The notes: a model not told the origin generated them from the letters alone. A DNA stretch of 64,000 nt from an uncultured Clostridia bacterium (GCA_944391285.1 CALXSY010000005.1:11196-75195), one strand, 5' to 3'. Counted from the stretch's first letter, positions 7,992 to 18,396 are shown. A program made the numbers and translations.

Positions 7992-10643
7992 ATGGACGAA
8001 AGTAAAAACTTATCAAAGGTTTACGAGCCGGCTGCGGTCGAAGAAAAATGGTATAAATTCTGGGAGGACAACAAATTTTTTCAAGGCAAAATAGAAAAGG
8101 GCAAGGAAGCATTTTCTATCGTTATGCCTCCGCCTAATGTTACCGGCATGCTTCATATGGGACATGCTATGGACAATACCATGCAGGATATTCTCACCCG
8201 CTATAAAAGAATGCAGGGCTACAATACCCTTTGGATTCCGGGCACTGACCATGCCGGTATCGCTACCCAAGCCAAGGTAGAAGCGCAGATTAAAAAAGAA
8301 GGCACCGACCGTTACCAATTAGGCCGGGAGAAATTCTTAGAGCGGGTATGGGCGTGGAAAGAGCAATACGGCAATACTATTACTACCCAACTGCGCAAAT
8401 TAGGCAGTTCCTGCGACTGGGACAGAGAGCGTTTTACCATGGACGAAGGCTGCTCCAAAGCAGTTAGAGAAGCCTTTGTGCGCCTTTACAAAAAGGGATT
8501 GATTTATCAGGGCAATTATATCGTTAACTGGTGTCCGCACTGCCACACCACTATTTCCGATATCGAAGTAGAGCATGTTGAGCAGGAAGGCAAGCTTTAT
8601 CATTTCCGCTATCCCATCGAGGGCAGCGACGAATATATTCAAATCGCTACCACCCGTCCGGAAACTATGTTTGGTGATACCGCGGTTGCGGTGCATCCGG
8701 AGGATGAGCGCTATCAGCACTTAATTGGCAAATTTGCCGTTTTGCCGGTAATCGGTAGAAAGATTCCTATCATTGCCGATGAATATGTAGAAAGGGAGTT
8801 TGGTACCGGTGCGGTAAAAATTACTCCTTCTCACGATGTCAATGACTTTGAAGTAGGCAAACGCCATAATTTGCCGGAAGTAGTAGTTATCGATAAAAAC
8901 GGCAAGATGAATGAAAATGCCGGTCCTTACGAAGGCATGGACCGCTATGAATGCCGGGAAAAATTAATCAAAGATTTTGAAGCCAGCGGAGTTTTGGTAA
9001 AGGTTGATGATCATACCAATTCCGTCGGTCATTGCTACCGCTGCAATACTGTTATCGAGCCTTTAGTAAGCAAGCAATGGTTTGTTAAAATGAAACCATT
9101 GGCAGAGCCGGCTATGCAGGCGGCTATTAAGGGTGATGTGAGATTTGTGCCGGAGAGATTTACGAAAATCTATTTGGGCTGGTTGGAAAATATTCGCGAC
9201 TGGTGCATTTCCCGTCAGTTATGGTGGGGACACCGGATTCCTGTTTGGTACTGCCAAGACTGCGGCGAGGTAATCTGCGAAACTACCGATCCGACAGTTT
9301 GTCCTAAATGCGGTTCGCACAATTTACAGCAGGATCCCGATGTTTTGGATACCTGGTTCAGCTCCGGCTTATGGCCGTTTTCAACTATGGGTTGGCCGGA
9401 AAAAACTCCGGAGATGGAAACCTTCTATCCCACCAGTGTTTTGGTCACCGGCAGAGATATTATTTTCTTCTGGGTAGCCAGAATGCTTTTTGATGCGTTG
9501 GAATTTACCGGCGAAGTGCCTTTTAAAGATGTCTTAATTCACGGCTTAGTCTTGGACAGCCAAGGCAGAAAGATGAGCAAATCCTTAGGCAACGGCGTTG
9601 ATCCTTTGCAGGTTATCGAAGAAGTAGGTGCTGATAGTCTGCGCTTTATGCTCATCACCGGCAATACTCCCGGCAATGATTTGCGCTACCGCACCGAAAG
9701 ATTGGAAGCAGCCCGCAATTTTGCCAATAAGCTTTGGAATGCTGCCCGCTTCTCCTTGATGAATTTGGAGGATTATACTGCTGAAAGCAGTATTGATCCG
9801 GAATACCAAGTAGCCGATAAATGGATTATGAGCCGTTTCAGTGCGGTAAGCCGTGAGGTAACCGATTTAATGGACCGCTACGAATTAGGCGAAGCGGCAA
9901 GAGTTATTTATGAGTTTGCCTGGAATGAATTGTGCGACTGGTATATCGAAATCGTTAAACCTCGCCTTTACGGCAAGGAAATTCCGGAAAGCCGCTACGG
10001 TGCGCAGAAAACCTTGGCAGAAATCATGACTTCTACTATGGAGCTTTTGCATCCCTTTATGCCGTTTATCACGGAGGAAATTTGGCAGCATTTGCCCCAT
10101 GAGGGAGAAACCATTATGCTCAGCTCCTGGCCCATTAAAGATGAAAGCCAGATTGATTTAAAAATCAATGAGCAGATGAACTTGACCATTGAGGTTATCC
10201 GCTCCATCCGCAATCTTCGCAGTGAGATGAATATTCCTTTAGGCAAAAAGATTGAAGTAATCATCAATGCCAACTCCAAGGAGAATTACGCTTATTTAAA
10301 CGATACTTTAAGCTATATCACCGGTTTGGCAAGCATAGAAAAGATGGAACTCAAAGAGCAGTTAAGCGAAAAACCTGCCCAAGCAGTAACGGCTGTGGTG
10401 CATGGCATCGAAATTTATCTGCCGCTCAAAGGTTTGGTGGATATTGATAAGGAAATCGCTCGCCTGGAAAAAGAACTGGCGAAAATGGAAAGCGAAATCA
10501 AACGCATCGAAGGCAAGTTAGCCAACAAAGGCTTCGTGGCTAAAGCGCCGGCAGAGGTTATCGAGAAAGAGAAAGAAAAAATGGCTAAATACCAAGCCTC
10601 TAAGGAAGCGTTGTTGGTGCGCTTGAACGATTACCGGGCATAA
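7992..10643 (+). CDS. valS: Valine--tRNA ligase
   Basis: HIGH-type motif PPPNVTGMLHMGHA, KMSKS motif and a C-terminal coiled coil. 883 aa. Confidence 0.95.
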   Translation: MDESKNLSKVYEPAAVEEKWYKFWEDNKFFQGKIEKGKEAFSIVMPPPNVTGMLHMGHAMDNTMQDILTRYKRMQGYNTLWIPGTDHAGIATQAKVEAQIKKEGTDRYQLGREKFLERVWAWKEQYGNTITTQLRKLGSSCDWDRERFTMDEGCSKAVREAFVRLYKKGLIYQGNYIVNWCPHCHTTISDIEVEHVEQEGKLYHFRYPIEGSDEYIQIATTRPETMFGDTAVAVHPEDERYQHLIGKFAVLPVIGRKIPIIADEYVEREFGTGAVKITPSHDVNDFEVGKRHNLPEVVVIDKNGKMNENAGPYEGMDRYECREKLIKDFEASGVLVKVDDHTNSVGHCYRCNTVIEPLVSKQWFVKMKPLAEPAMQAAIKGDVRFVPERFTKIYLGWLENIRDWCISRQLWWGHRIPVWYCQDCGEVICETTDPTVCPKCGSHNLQQDPDVLDTWFSSGLWPFSTMGWPEKTPEMETFYPTSVLVTGRDIIFFWVARMLFDALEFTGEVPFKDVLIHGLVLDSQGRKMSKSLGNGVDPLQVIEEVGADSLRFMLITGNTPGNDLRYRTERLEAARNFANKLWNAARFSLMNLEDYTAESSIDPEYQVADKWIMSRFSAVSREVTDLMDRYELGEAARVIYEFAWNELCDWYIEIVKPRLYGKEIPESRYGAQKTLAEIMTSTMELLHPFMPFITEEIWQHLPHEGETIMLSSWPIKDESQIDLKINEQMNLTIEVIRSIRNLRSEMNIPLGKKIEVIINANSKENYAYLNDTLSYITGLASIEKMELKEQLSEKPAQAVTAVVHGIEIYLPLKGLVDIDKEIARLEKELAKMESEIKRIEGKLANKGFVAKAPAEVIEKEKEKMAKYQASKEALLVRLNDYRA

Positions 10644-10665
10644 AATATGCTCGAAAATATTCGCA

Positions 10666-11487
10666 ATGCCTTGGCTGCATTCCGAATTATTGTCTGAAAT
10701 GGTGGTGAATTTAATGGTTTATCTGCCGGATATGATGACAGTGATTTATGAGCGCTTGAAAAGAGAATTAAAGCTCAAAGAAGCTGACAGCTGTTCTTTG
10801 CCGGATGAAGACAGGCAAAGACCGGCTGCCTGCTTTAATTTTAAATTTTGGCAAGAAGCATTAGGCGAACACAGAAGTTTAAGCTTGAGACGAGCTTTTT
10901 TTAAAGCTTATCTGGATGCCTTAGCTCTTGACCGCTGGAAGGTGAAGCTGGAAAATTATCCGACATGGGTGCGCAGACATGAGCAGGTGCGCTGGATTAA
11001 CAATCATATGGAAATAATTATGCCTCTGGCACAAAAATCATTACACCGCCGGGAAGCCTATGGACTTGCCATAGCCAGAATGGAGACCTTTGACCGCAAG
11101 CTTGCCAAAAAGAAACGCCTTTGCTGGGCGGTAGCCGGAGAGAGCTTTTGTTTAGGCGACAAACAATGGCGTGAAAGGTTCGAAGAATTGCTGCCTAAGG
11201 GAGCGACATATCGCTTTTCTTACAGCTACAGCAGCTTAATGGCGAAAAGCTTCGCAGGCAAGCTGCTTAGTCAAGCCTTGAGCTTGCAGCCAGCGCTGTT
11301 TCTTAGTAAAGATGGGCTTTGGTATCCTAAAAGTTTAGCCGGATATGATGGATTGATCTGGGTGGGCAAAAGGGAAGACTGTCCGTTTCAGGCTAAAAAT
11401 ATTGTTTACTGCTCCCAAGAACTGACTGCCTTGGATCGGCACAATATTTTAAAAATGCATAATCAATTGAAAGAAAAAATATCATAA
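10666..11487 (+). CDS. Hypothetical protein, Trp/Arg-rich with no recognisable motif
   Basis: Long open frame of 273 codons followed by a strong terminator. No SD before the ATG at 10666. The alternative start at 10714 has GGTGGTGA upstream. No family recognised by eye. Confidence 0.5.
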   Translation: MPWLHSELLSEMVVNLMVYLPDMMTVIYERLKRELKLKEADSCSLPDEDRQRPAACFNFKFWQEALGEHRSLSLRRAFFKAYLDALALDRWKVKLENYPTWVRRHEQVRWINNHMEIIMPLAQKSLHRREAYGLAIARMETFDRKLAKKKRLCWAVAGESFCLGDKQWRERFEELLPKGATYRFSYSYSSLMAKSFAGKLLSQALSLQPALFLSKDGLWYPKSLAGYDGLIWVGKREDCPFQAKNIVYCSQELTALDRHNILKMHNQLKEKIS

Positions 11488-11520
11488 AAAAAGAGCAGAC
11501 CAGATTGTCTGCTCTTTTTT
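11486..11520. terminator. Bidirectional intrinsic terminator
   Basis: aaaaaaagagcagac-cagatt-gtctgctctttttt: 9-bp stem flanked by A and T runs, between convergent ORFs. Confidence 0.8.
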
Positions 11521-12109
11521 AGTTGATTTCGCCTAAGCTGTCCAAGATTCCTTGCAATTCTTCCAAGTTTTGTGATTCATAAGAGCCATGGATAATTTTA
11601 TCCTTTTGCTCATCGTTTAAAGCGGCAAAGGGAATATCGCTCACCAAATAAACACCGCCTAAACTGCTGATTTCGCTGGGACCATAGCAAATAGTGACGT
11701 ATTCGCCGCTTTGGTTTAAGCCCAAATGCATAATCTTTTTATGCTCCGGACACAAGCCCTCTAAAAGGTGGGTAATGGTTAAATCCCTGTCATCCAAAAA
11801 TACTGACCAATTAGGAGCAGGGAAAAGCGCCCGAATTTCCTCCTCATTTAAGCTTTGCAAATCCTCAGCGGGAGTATAATCATAACCGGTTGCAGAACAG
11901 TTGAGATTATACTCGTCACATAAAGCATAACGCTCTAAAAAAACAATATTGTATGGTTCGATCATACTGGTAACGTCGGTAACATCTTTTTTGCTGGTAA
12001 GCTCCGGTTCTTCTTCGTCGGCGCTGTTAATGGCATAGCCTAAAAAGCTTGAGCCGATAAAGAAAAACGCCGCTAAACAAAGCCAAAGAAATATTGAACG
12101 ATTTTTCAT
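11519..12109 (-). CDS. Secreted or membrane-anchored hypothetical protein (faint BofC-C-like region)
   Basis: N-terminal signal/anchor MKNRSIFLWLCLAAFFFIGSSFLGYA. ATG at 12109 behind AAGGA. The C-terminal segment GLCPEHKK.MHLGLNQSGEYVTICYGP is loosely reminiscent of the BofC C-domain, but that assignment is weak. Confidence 0.6.
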   Translation of the reverse strand: MKNRSIFLWLCLAAFFFIGSSFLGYAINSADEEEPELTSKKDVTDVTSMIEPYNIVFLERYALCDEYNLNCSATGYDYTPAEDLQSLNEEEIRALFPAPNWSVFLDDRDLTITHLLEGLCPEHKKIMHLGLNQSGEYVTICYGPSEISSLGGVYLVSDIPFAALNDEQKDKIIHGSYESQNLEELQGILDSLGEIN

Positions 12110-12170
12110 AACTACCAATCCTTTTCATTTAGTATTGGTAGTATTGCCTAAAATAAGAAAAAATATACCT

Positions 12171-12938
12171 TTATTGCTTCAGCCAAGGTTTATCTAAAGC
12201 TAAATTTTTCCTGCGCCGATAGATAAAAAGCCCCACAGCCAAAATGATAAGGGCGATGCTCATCAGCTGAGCTACTCTGAAATCACCGAGCATCAAACTA
12301 TCGGTGCGCAAACCTTCGATAAAAAAGCGCACTGCCGAGTAGGAAATCAGATAAATTAAGAAACATTCGCCTTGCTTGAGAAAGGCTTTGCGGGAGAGAT
12401 AGATTAATAACAGGAAGGTTAAAAAATCCCAGATTGATTCGTAAAGAAAGGTTGGATGGCGGTAAGCGCCGTCAATATACATAGCCCAAGGGATAACATT
12501 GGGATCCACAGCGTAGCCGTAAGCTTCCTGATTAAAAAAGTTGCCCCAGCGTCCGATAGCCTGCGCTAAAACTACCCAAGGGGCAAAAATATCTGCTGCC
12601 TGCCAAAAGCTTATTTTATAATGCCGGCAAGCAAAGATGCCGCTTATTAATCCACCTAAAATACCGCCGTGAATAGCCAAGCCTCCCCGCCAGATAGCAA
12701 TGATATGCTCCGGATGCTCAGAGTAATAGCTCCATTCAAACACCACATAATAGATTCGGGCGCAGATTACACCGCAGACAACTACAATAAGAATCAAGCT
12801 TAAAAAATCATCTTGATTTAAGCCTTGCTTTTTCACCATTCTATTGGAACCAAAATAACCGATCAAAATAGCCAAAGCAATCAATAATCCATACCAGCGC
12901 ACCGTTAAAGGTCCGATAGTAAATGCGACAGGATCCAT
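12171..12938 (-). CDS. lgt: Prolipoprotein diacylglyceryl transferase
   Basis: Lgt signatures: WYGL.IA, GGLAIHGG..GG, IGRWGNFFNQEAYG, P.HPTFLYES.W. Confidence 0.92.
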   Translation of the reverse strand: MDPVAFTIGPLTVRWYGLLIALAILIGYFGSNRMVKKQGLNQDDFLSLILIVVVCGVICARIYYVVFEWSYYSEHPEHIIAIWRGGLAIHGGILGGLISGIFACRHYKISFWQAADIFAPWVVLAQAIGRWGNFFNQEAYGYAVDPNVIPWAMYIDGAYRHPTFLYESIWDFLTFLLLIYLSRKAFLKQGECFLIYLISYSAVRFFIEGLRTDSLMLGDFRVAQLMSIALIILAVGLFIYRRRKNLALDKPWLKQ

Positions 12939-13146
12939 ATTTTTTCTCCTTTTAAATGTTTTTTCTTATTTTAACACGTTTCAGTAAAAAAAGAAAGAGC
13001 AGGAAGAAAATGATAAAAAAACTTTACATAAAATAAATGTTTTGAGAAGATAAGTCAGGCAGAATTATGGCGCTGTTTTTAAGCAGGGGAATATTTTTGG
13101 CATTATTACAGAAAATAAAGCATAAATCTTAGTGACAGGTGATCAG

Positions 13147-14010
13147 ATGAAAAAAATATTTTCCTTATTCATGATAATTGTCGGATGTTTTGTGTTTGGT
13201 TTTGCGGTTAATTATTTTGTCTTAGCCAACAATTTGGCAGAAGGAGGCTTTACCGGTATTGGTTTGCTTTTATATTACCAATTCGGCTTGCCTTTAGGGG
13301 TATTTTTTATTTTCAGCAATTTGCCTTTAATCGTCATCGGTTATTTTTTATGGGGCAAAGATTTTACTTTTAAAACTATATTAGGCGTTGCTGTGAGCTC
13401 ATTGGCAGTAGAGGTGCTGTCTCCGTTGCAATTTAAAACGGACAATCTGCTTTTAGCAGCCATTTACGGCGGACTTTTAAGCGGAGCAGGCTTAGGCATA
13501 GTCATGCGTTATGGCGGCACTACCGGCGGCAATGATATTTTGGCTCGGATTATCCAGCGCTACAAAGGAATGAGTGTCGGTCAATTTTATTTAGCTATTG
13601 ACAGCATTATTTTAACGATGGTAGCATTGATTCACGGCTTAGAGGTAGCTCTTTATTCGATAATTGTAGTTTATATGGCGAGCATCATGATTGATTTTTT
13701 CTTGGAAGGCGTGGACAGTTCTCGCCAAAGCATTATTATCACCAATCAAGTAGAGGCGATTACAGAATTTATTACCAAAGAAATGCACCGCGGATATACC
13801 CTTCTTTATGCTAAAGGCGGCTATGACAAACGGGAAAAGGAAATCATTCTTTGCGTAGTCGGTCGGCGGGAAATGTTTGAGCTGCGCAAAGCCGTTTTAA
13901 AAATTGATCCGCAGGCTTTTATCATCATCGGCACTGTACGGGAAATTTATGGGTTAGGTTTTAAAGAACGAGCAGAGGAAAGAAAGCGGCTTATCAAATC
14001 AGCGACATAA
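13147..14010 (+). CDS. YitT-family membrane protein (with DUF2179 C-terminal domain)
   Basis: 5-6 TM helices, GGTTGG.DI motif and a soluble C-terminal ~80 aa domain typical of YitT/DUF2179. ATG at 13147 behind AGGTGA. Confidence 0.75.
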   Translation: MKKIFSLFMIIVGCFVFGFAVNYFVLANNLAEGGFTGIGLLLYYQFGLPLGVFFIFSNLPLIVIGYFLWGKDFTFKTILGVAVSSLAVEVLSPLQFKTDNLLLAAIYGGLLSGAGLGIVMRYGGTTGGNDILARIIQRYKGMSVGQFYLAIDSIILTMVALIHGLEVALYSIIVVYMASIMIDFFLEGVDSSRQSIIITNQVEAITEFITKEMHRGYTLLYAKGGYDKREKEIILCVVGRREMFELRKAVLKIDPQAFIIIGTVREIYGLGFKERAEERKRLIKSAT

Positions 14011-14016
14011 TATTTC

Positions 14017-14045
14017 TTGAAAATCCCATCTTTTTATGCTATAAT
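14017..14045 (+). promoter_or_regulatory. Sigma-A type promoter
   Basis: TTGAAA (14017-14022), 17-bp spacer, TATAAT (14040-14045). Confidence 0.55.
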
Positions 14046-14077
14046 AAAACGAATTTGGCAAAAAAGGTGGGAAATAA

Positions 14078-14758
14078 ATGTTTGCAGTAATAGTAAATAC
14101 TTTAACAGTTTTGATAGGCGCAAGTTTAGGTTTGTTGTTGCATCGGGGGATTCCGGAAAGAATAACTAATGCTTTGATGATAGCTTTAGGCTTGTGTACT
14201 ATTTATATCGGCATCGACGGAGCATTGGTCGGCGAAAATGCTTTAGTTACTATTTTGTCGATGTGCATCGGGGTAGCTGTCGGCGAATTATTAGATTTGG
14301 AAGGCAAATTAAATGGCTTTTCTCATTTGATTGAAAGAAAATTTGCCAAAGGAAGCGGTAAAATATCCATCGCCCAAGGATTTATGACCGCCAGCGTGCT
14401 TTTTTGCATAGGCTCCATGACTATTGTCGGCGCCATGCAGGCCGGCATCAACGGCGATAATACCATGCTTTTAACCAAATCAACCTTGGATTTGATTTCA
14501 TCCTTTGCTTTAGCGGCATCATTGGGAATTGGTGTACTTTTAGCGGCAGCATTTGTTTTGGTATTTGAAGGGGGACTGGTATTATTAGCCCAGTATATCG
14601 CCCCTTTTATGACTGATTATGTAATTAATGAGATCACCTGTGCCGGATCATTAATTATCATTGCCATCGGTCTGAATTTAATTGGCTTAACTAACATTAA
14701 GTGCGCCAATTTTCTGCCGGCTATTTTTTTGCCGGTAATCCTTTGCTTATTTATGTAA
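14078..14758 (+). CDS. DUF554-family membrane protein (YdfK/YqgA-like)
   Basis: N-terminus IVNT..VLIG...G and a polytopic 226-aa protein of characteristic length for DUF554. Confidence 0.7.
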   Translation: MFAVIVNTLTVLIGASLGLLLHRGIPERITNALMIALGLCTIYIGIDGALVGENALVTILSMCIGVAVGELLDLEGKLNGFSHLIERKFAKGSGKISIAQGFMTASVLFCIGSMTIVGAMQAGINGDNTMLLTKSTLDLISSFALAASLGIGVLLAAAFVLVFEGGLVLLAQYIAPFMTDYVINEITCAGSLIIIAIGLNLIGLTNIKCANFLPAIFLPVILCLFM

Positions 14759-14774
14759 AATAGGGAGGGAGGAA

Positions 14775-15830
14775 GTGAAAGAAAAACTAAACTCTTGGCA
14801 ATTGGGCTTGACCTATGCCGGCTGCTTTTTAGGAGCGGGATATGTATCGGGGCAGGAGTTGTGGCAGTTTTTCGGAGCATTTGAATCGTGGCGGCTGGGA
14901 TTAATCCTGGGCCTATTTTTAATTTTTCTTTTTGGCTGTATCAGCTTAATGACAATTTTTTGGAGCCAAAAAAGTCAGGCAGCGGATATTGTTGTCAGAA
15001 AAGACAGGCGAGTTTTAAAAGGTACACTTAACGGAACTATCGCTTTGTTTTTGTATGCGGTTTTAATAATCATGTCGGCAGGAGTGGGAGCAGTGGCAGA
15101 GCAGCTCTTTGGTTTGTCGGCAAAAATTTTTTCGACCTTAGCTTGCTTTGGCTATGCCTTATTTTCTTTAGGCGGAGTAAAAAGCATGGTTCAGGCATTT
15201 TCGGCAGTAGTACCTGTTTTAACTATAATGGCAGCGGCAGTAAGTTTGCGGATTTGCTTAGCGGAGGAAATATCGTTTAATACTGTGGTGCTTAATGGTG
15301 ATAATTTCGGCGGATGGTGGTCTTGGGCAGCCTTGGTTTTTGTAGCACATAATCTTTTCGGCGCTGTTGGCATTTTAACTCCGGTAGGTGTAAAACTAAA
15401 GGACGGCAAAAGCATTATAAAAGGGGTGGCTTTAGGCGTTGGGATTTTAGGCATGATTGCTTTTTTAGTCTTAAAAGCAATGCATACTTTGCCAATATCC
15501 GCCTCTAAGCAATTACCAATGCTTTATCTGGCGGCTTATTGCGGTGATATCGTAGGCTTGATCTACGGATTGTTGTTAATTTTGGCGATGAGCACCAGCG
15601 CCTTGGCTTCCTTGGTAGCGCTGGAAGAGATGGTTTTGGAAAAGAAGCATTTTAAGCGTTCCATTTTAGCTTTAATTTTGGCCTTTGCCGGAGCAATAGG
15701 TGCTTCCGGCGGATTTAGCAACTTAATCAGCATTATCTATCCTTTGTGCGGTTATGTGGGAATAGTGGTGTTAGTTGGTTTAACAGAACATTTTATATTT
15801 TTATGCAGAAAAAGAAAAAGCACGGAGTAA
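14775..15830 (+). CDS. YkvI-family polytopic membrane protein (putative transporter)
   Basis: GTG start behind GGGAGGGAGG. The GAGYVSGQE.WQFF motif near the N-terminus and about 10 TM helices resemble YkvI-family proteins. Confidence 0.6.
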   Translation: MKEKLNSWQLGLTYAGCFLGAGYVSGQELWQFFGAFESWRLGLILGLFLIFLFGCISLMTIFWSQKSQAADIVVRKDRRVLKGTLNGTIALFLYAVLIIMSAGVGAVAEQLFGLSAKIFSTLACFGYALFSLGGVKSMVQAFSAVVPVLTIMAAAVSLRICLAEEISFNTVVLNGDNFGGWWSWAALVFVAHNLFGAVGILTPVGVKLKDGKSIIKGVALGVGILGMIAFLVLKAMHTLPISASKQLPMLYLAAYCGDIVGLIYGLLLILAMSTSALASLVALEEMVLEKKHFKRSILALILAFAGAIGASGGFSNLISIIYPLCGYVGIVVLVGLTEHFIFLCRKRKSTE

Positions 15831-15842
15831 TCCGTGCTTTTA
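15816..15842. terminator. Bidirectional terminator overlapping the stop codon of the YkvI-like gene
   Basis: aaaagcacgga-gtaa-tccgtgctttt. Confidence 0.7.
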
Positions 15843-15845
15843 ATA

Positions 15846-17027
15846 TTAGCCTTCGGTGATTATTCTGACTCGGATAACGCCCTCAATAGCTTCCAAATCT
15901 TTCTTAACTTGTTCAGCTTTGCCGTTTAAGTTTTCTACTTCAATCAAGGCATAAGCGAAATCGCCTTTACTGCTGCTGACGATATTAGGAATATTGAGCT
16001 GTTCGCTGCCTAAAACAGAGGTGATAGCGTTGATCATGGCAGGAATATTTTTGTGATGAATACCAATACGAGCCTTGCCGGGAGTTACCGGCAAATAGCA
16101 GTTGGCATAGTTGACGGAGTTTTGAATATTGCCGCTCTCCAAGTATTCTTTGATTTCCAAAGCAGCCATAGCAGCACAGTTTTCTTCGGATTCAGGAGTA
16201 GAAGCGCCGATATGGGGCAGAGCGATAACATTGTCGATTTCCAATACTTCTTTAGAGGGGAAATCAGTTACATAAAAGGCGATAGTGCCTTCGGCGATAG
16301 CTTCTTTAATATCAGCGTTGTTGACTAATTCACCGCGGGAGAAGTTTAACAAACGTACGCCTTTTTTCATCAAAGCAAAAGCGTCTTTGTTGAACATATA
16401 TTTGTTATCTGCGGTTAACGGTACATGAACGGTGATATAATCGCTTTGCTTCATGATTTGATTCAAATCGGTGGTATAGGTGAAATTGTGGGTAAATTTA
16501 GCGTGAGCATCTTCCTCGCTCATAAAAGGATCATAGCCCAATACTTGCATGCCTAAAGCGGCAGCGGCAATAGCTACCCGACCGCCGGTATTGCCCAAAC
16601 CGATAACACCTAAGGTTTTGCCCATGATTTCTGGTCCGATAAATTGGGATTTGCCTTTTTCTACTTGTTTGTCGGCATCGTCCTGACCTTTTAAAGTTTT
16701 AACCCATTCGATACCGTTAATTACCTTACGGGAAGAGAAGAGCAAGGCGCAGAGAACTAATTCTTTAACGGCGTTGGCATTGGCACCGGGAGAGTTAAAG
16801 ACAACTATGCCTTCTTCGGCGCATTTATTCACCGGAATATTATTGGTGCCGGCACCGGCTCTGGCGATGGCTAATAAGCTTTTGGGCAGTTCCATTTCAT
16901 GCATGGAGTAGCTGCGCAGGATAATGCCGTCGGGATTTTCAATATTGTCGCCGACATTGAAGCGGCTGGCAGGCAGTTTATCCAAGCCTACCGGAGAAAT
17001 TTTATTTAAAGTTAAAATATTGTACAT
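15846..17027 (-). CDS. serA: D-3-phosphoglycerate dehydrogenase with C-terminal ACT domain
   Basis: 2-hydroxyacid dehydrogenase fold (GVIGLGNTGGRVA, catalytic R/E/H region ALPHIGAST). C-terminal ACT-like ~70 aa. ATG at 17027 behind AGAGGTG. Downstream of serC. Confidence 0.88.
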   Translation of the reverse strand: MYNILTLNKISPVGLDKLPASRFNVGDNIENPDGIILRSYSMHEMELPKSLLAIARAGAGTNNIPVNKCAEEGIVVFNSPGANANAVKELVLCALLFSSRKVINGIEWVKTLKGQDDADKQVEKGKSQFIGPEIMGKTLGVIGLGNTGGRVAIAAAALGMQVLGYDPFMSEEDAHAKFTHNFTYTTDLNQIMKQSDYITVHVPLTADNKYMFNKDAFALMKKGVRLLNFSRGELVNNADIKEAIAEGTIAFYVTDFPSKEVLEIDNVIALPHIGASTPESEENCAAMAALEIKEYLESGNIQNSVNYANCYLPVTPGKARIGIHHKNIPAMINAITSVLGSEQLNIPNIVSSSKGDFAYALIEVENLNGKAEQVKKDLEAIEGVIRVRIITEG

Positions 17028-17044
17028 CTCAATCACCTCTGAAA

Positions 17045-18136
17045 TTATTTATTGTTTTTTTCAAAATCAGCCATGAAATCAACCAAAGCCTGCACGCCGT
17101 CTTTAGGCATAGCATTGTAAATGCTGGCACGCATACCGCCGACAGTGCGGTGACCTTTTAAGTTAACCAAGCCTTTAGCAGTAGCTTCTTTGATAAATTT
17201 AGCGTTTAATTCCTCGGTAGGAGCGACAAAAGGCACATTCATCAAAGAGCGGTCTTCTTTAACGACAGTACCGGTAAAGAACTGGGATTGGTCTAAGAAG
17301 TCATAGAGCAAAGCAGCTTTGTTTTGATTAATCTTTTGCATTGCCTCAACGCCGCCGCGCTCTAAAACCCATTTTAACACTAAGCCGACAATATAAATGG
17401 AGTAGGATGGCGGAGTATTGTAAAGGGAATTGTTTTTAGCGTGAGTTTCATAACGCAGCATGGTAGGAGTGATCGGCAAATGTTTGCCGATTAAATCCTC
17501 TCTGACGATGGCAATGGTGACACCGGCAGGACCTAAGTTTTTCTGAGCACCGGCAAAGAGAATGCCGAATTTGGAAACATCAATTTTCTCTGCCAAAATA
17601 TTGGAAGAAATATCTCCGACCAACGGTACATCGCCGCATTGGGGCAATTTGTCGGGAGTGTAATGAGTGCCGTAAATAGTATTATTATAGCAAATATAGA
17701 AATAATCGGCATTCGGTGTAAAAGTAGCCGAATCCAAAGCAGGGATATAGCTGAAATTTTTATCCTCGCTGGAAGCTACAACATTAACTGTGCCGTAAAG
17801 CTTAGCTTCCGGCATAGCTTTTTTGGTCCATTGACCGGTATGCACATAATCAGCAATCATGGAGTCGTGGAATAAGTTGAGCGGAACCATGGCAAACTGG
17901 GTGCTGCCGCCGCCTTGCAAAAACAATACTTTGTAATTATCGGGAATATTCATCAAAATACGCAAATCTTTCTCGGCGGTTTGGATAATCTCCTCAAAAT
18001 CCTTAGAGCGATGGCTCATCTCCATTACCGACATACCACTGTCTTTATACACTACCAATTCTTTTTGGGCTTGTTCCAAGACTTCTAAAGGAAGCATGGA
18101 AGGACCGGCTGAAAAATTATAAACTCTGTTCATCAT
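17045..18136 (-). CDS. serC: Phosphoserine aminotransferase
   Basis: N-terminus YNFSAGPSMLP..VL and PLP-lysine region FAGAQKNLGPAGVT. 363 aa. AAGGAGGA RBS. Confidence 0.92.
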   Translation of the reverse strand: MMNRVYNFSAGPSMLPLEVLEQAQKELVVYKDSGMSVMEMSHRSKDFEEIIQTAEKDLRILMNIPDNYKVLFLQGGGSTQFAMVPLNLFHDSMIADYVHTGQWTKKAMPEAKLYGTVNVVASSEDKNFSYIPALDSATFTPNADYFYICYNNTIYGTHYTPDKLPQCGDVPLVGDISSNILAEKIDVSKFGILFAGAQKNLGPAGVTIAIVREDLIGKHLPITPTMLRYETHAKNNSLYNTPPSYSIYIVGLVLKWVLERGGVEAMQKINQNKAALLYDFLDQSQFFTGTVVKEDRSLMNVPFVAPTEELNAKFIKEATAKGLVNLKGHRTVGGMRASIYNAMPKDGVQALVDFMADFEKNNK

Positions 18137-18149
18137 AATATCCTCCTTA

Positions 18150-18390
18150 AAAATTAAATATAATAAAAAAACTCTCGTCCCTTAAAATAGGGACGAGAGT
18201 AAAATTCCCGCGTTGCCACCCGAATTGCCAATAATTGACCGCTCAATAGCTGTAAAGGGCAGACCCTCCGTAAAGGCAACTCCAAAGTGGAACATCTCAT
18301 CTTTATATCAGCTTGCACCAAGCGCTGACTCTCTAAAATAAAGAACTAAGACTTAGTTTTTTCATCGTTGATAACAATCTTAAATTATTG
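18150..18390 (-). promoter_or_regulatory. T-box riboswitch leader (probable Ser specifier) controlling serC-serA
   Basis: Read on the minus strand: stem-I agagagtc...ggtgcaag and candidate specifier UCC followed by A (plus coordinates 18289-18291). T-box sequence ttcgggtggcaacgcggg (plus 18207-18224). Terminator actctcgtccc-tatttta-agggacgagagt plus T7 (plus 18164-18200). Confidence 0.85.
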
Positions 18391-18396
18391 ATATTA

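Noticed and set aside
7764-8094. Two 62-66-codon ORFs upstream of and overlapping the valS start.
   Set aside because: They lie inside the T-box leader and terminator, have no RBS, and are explained by the RNA element.
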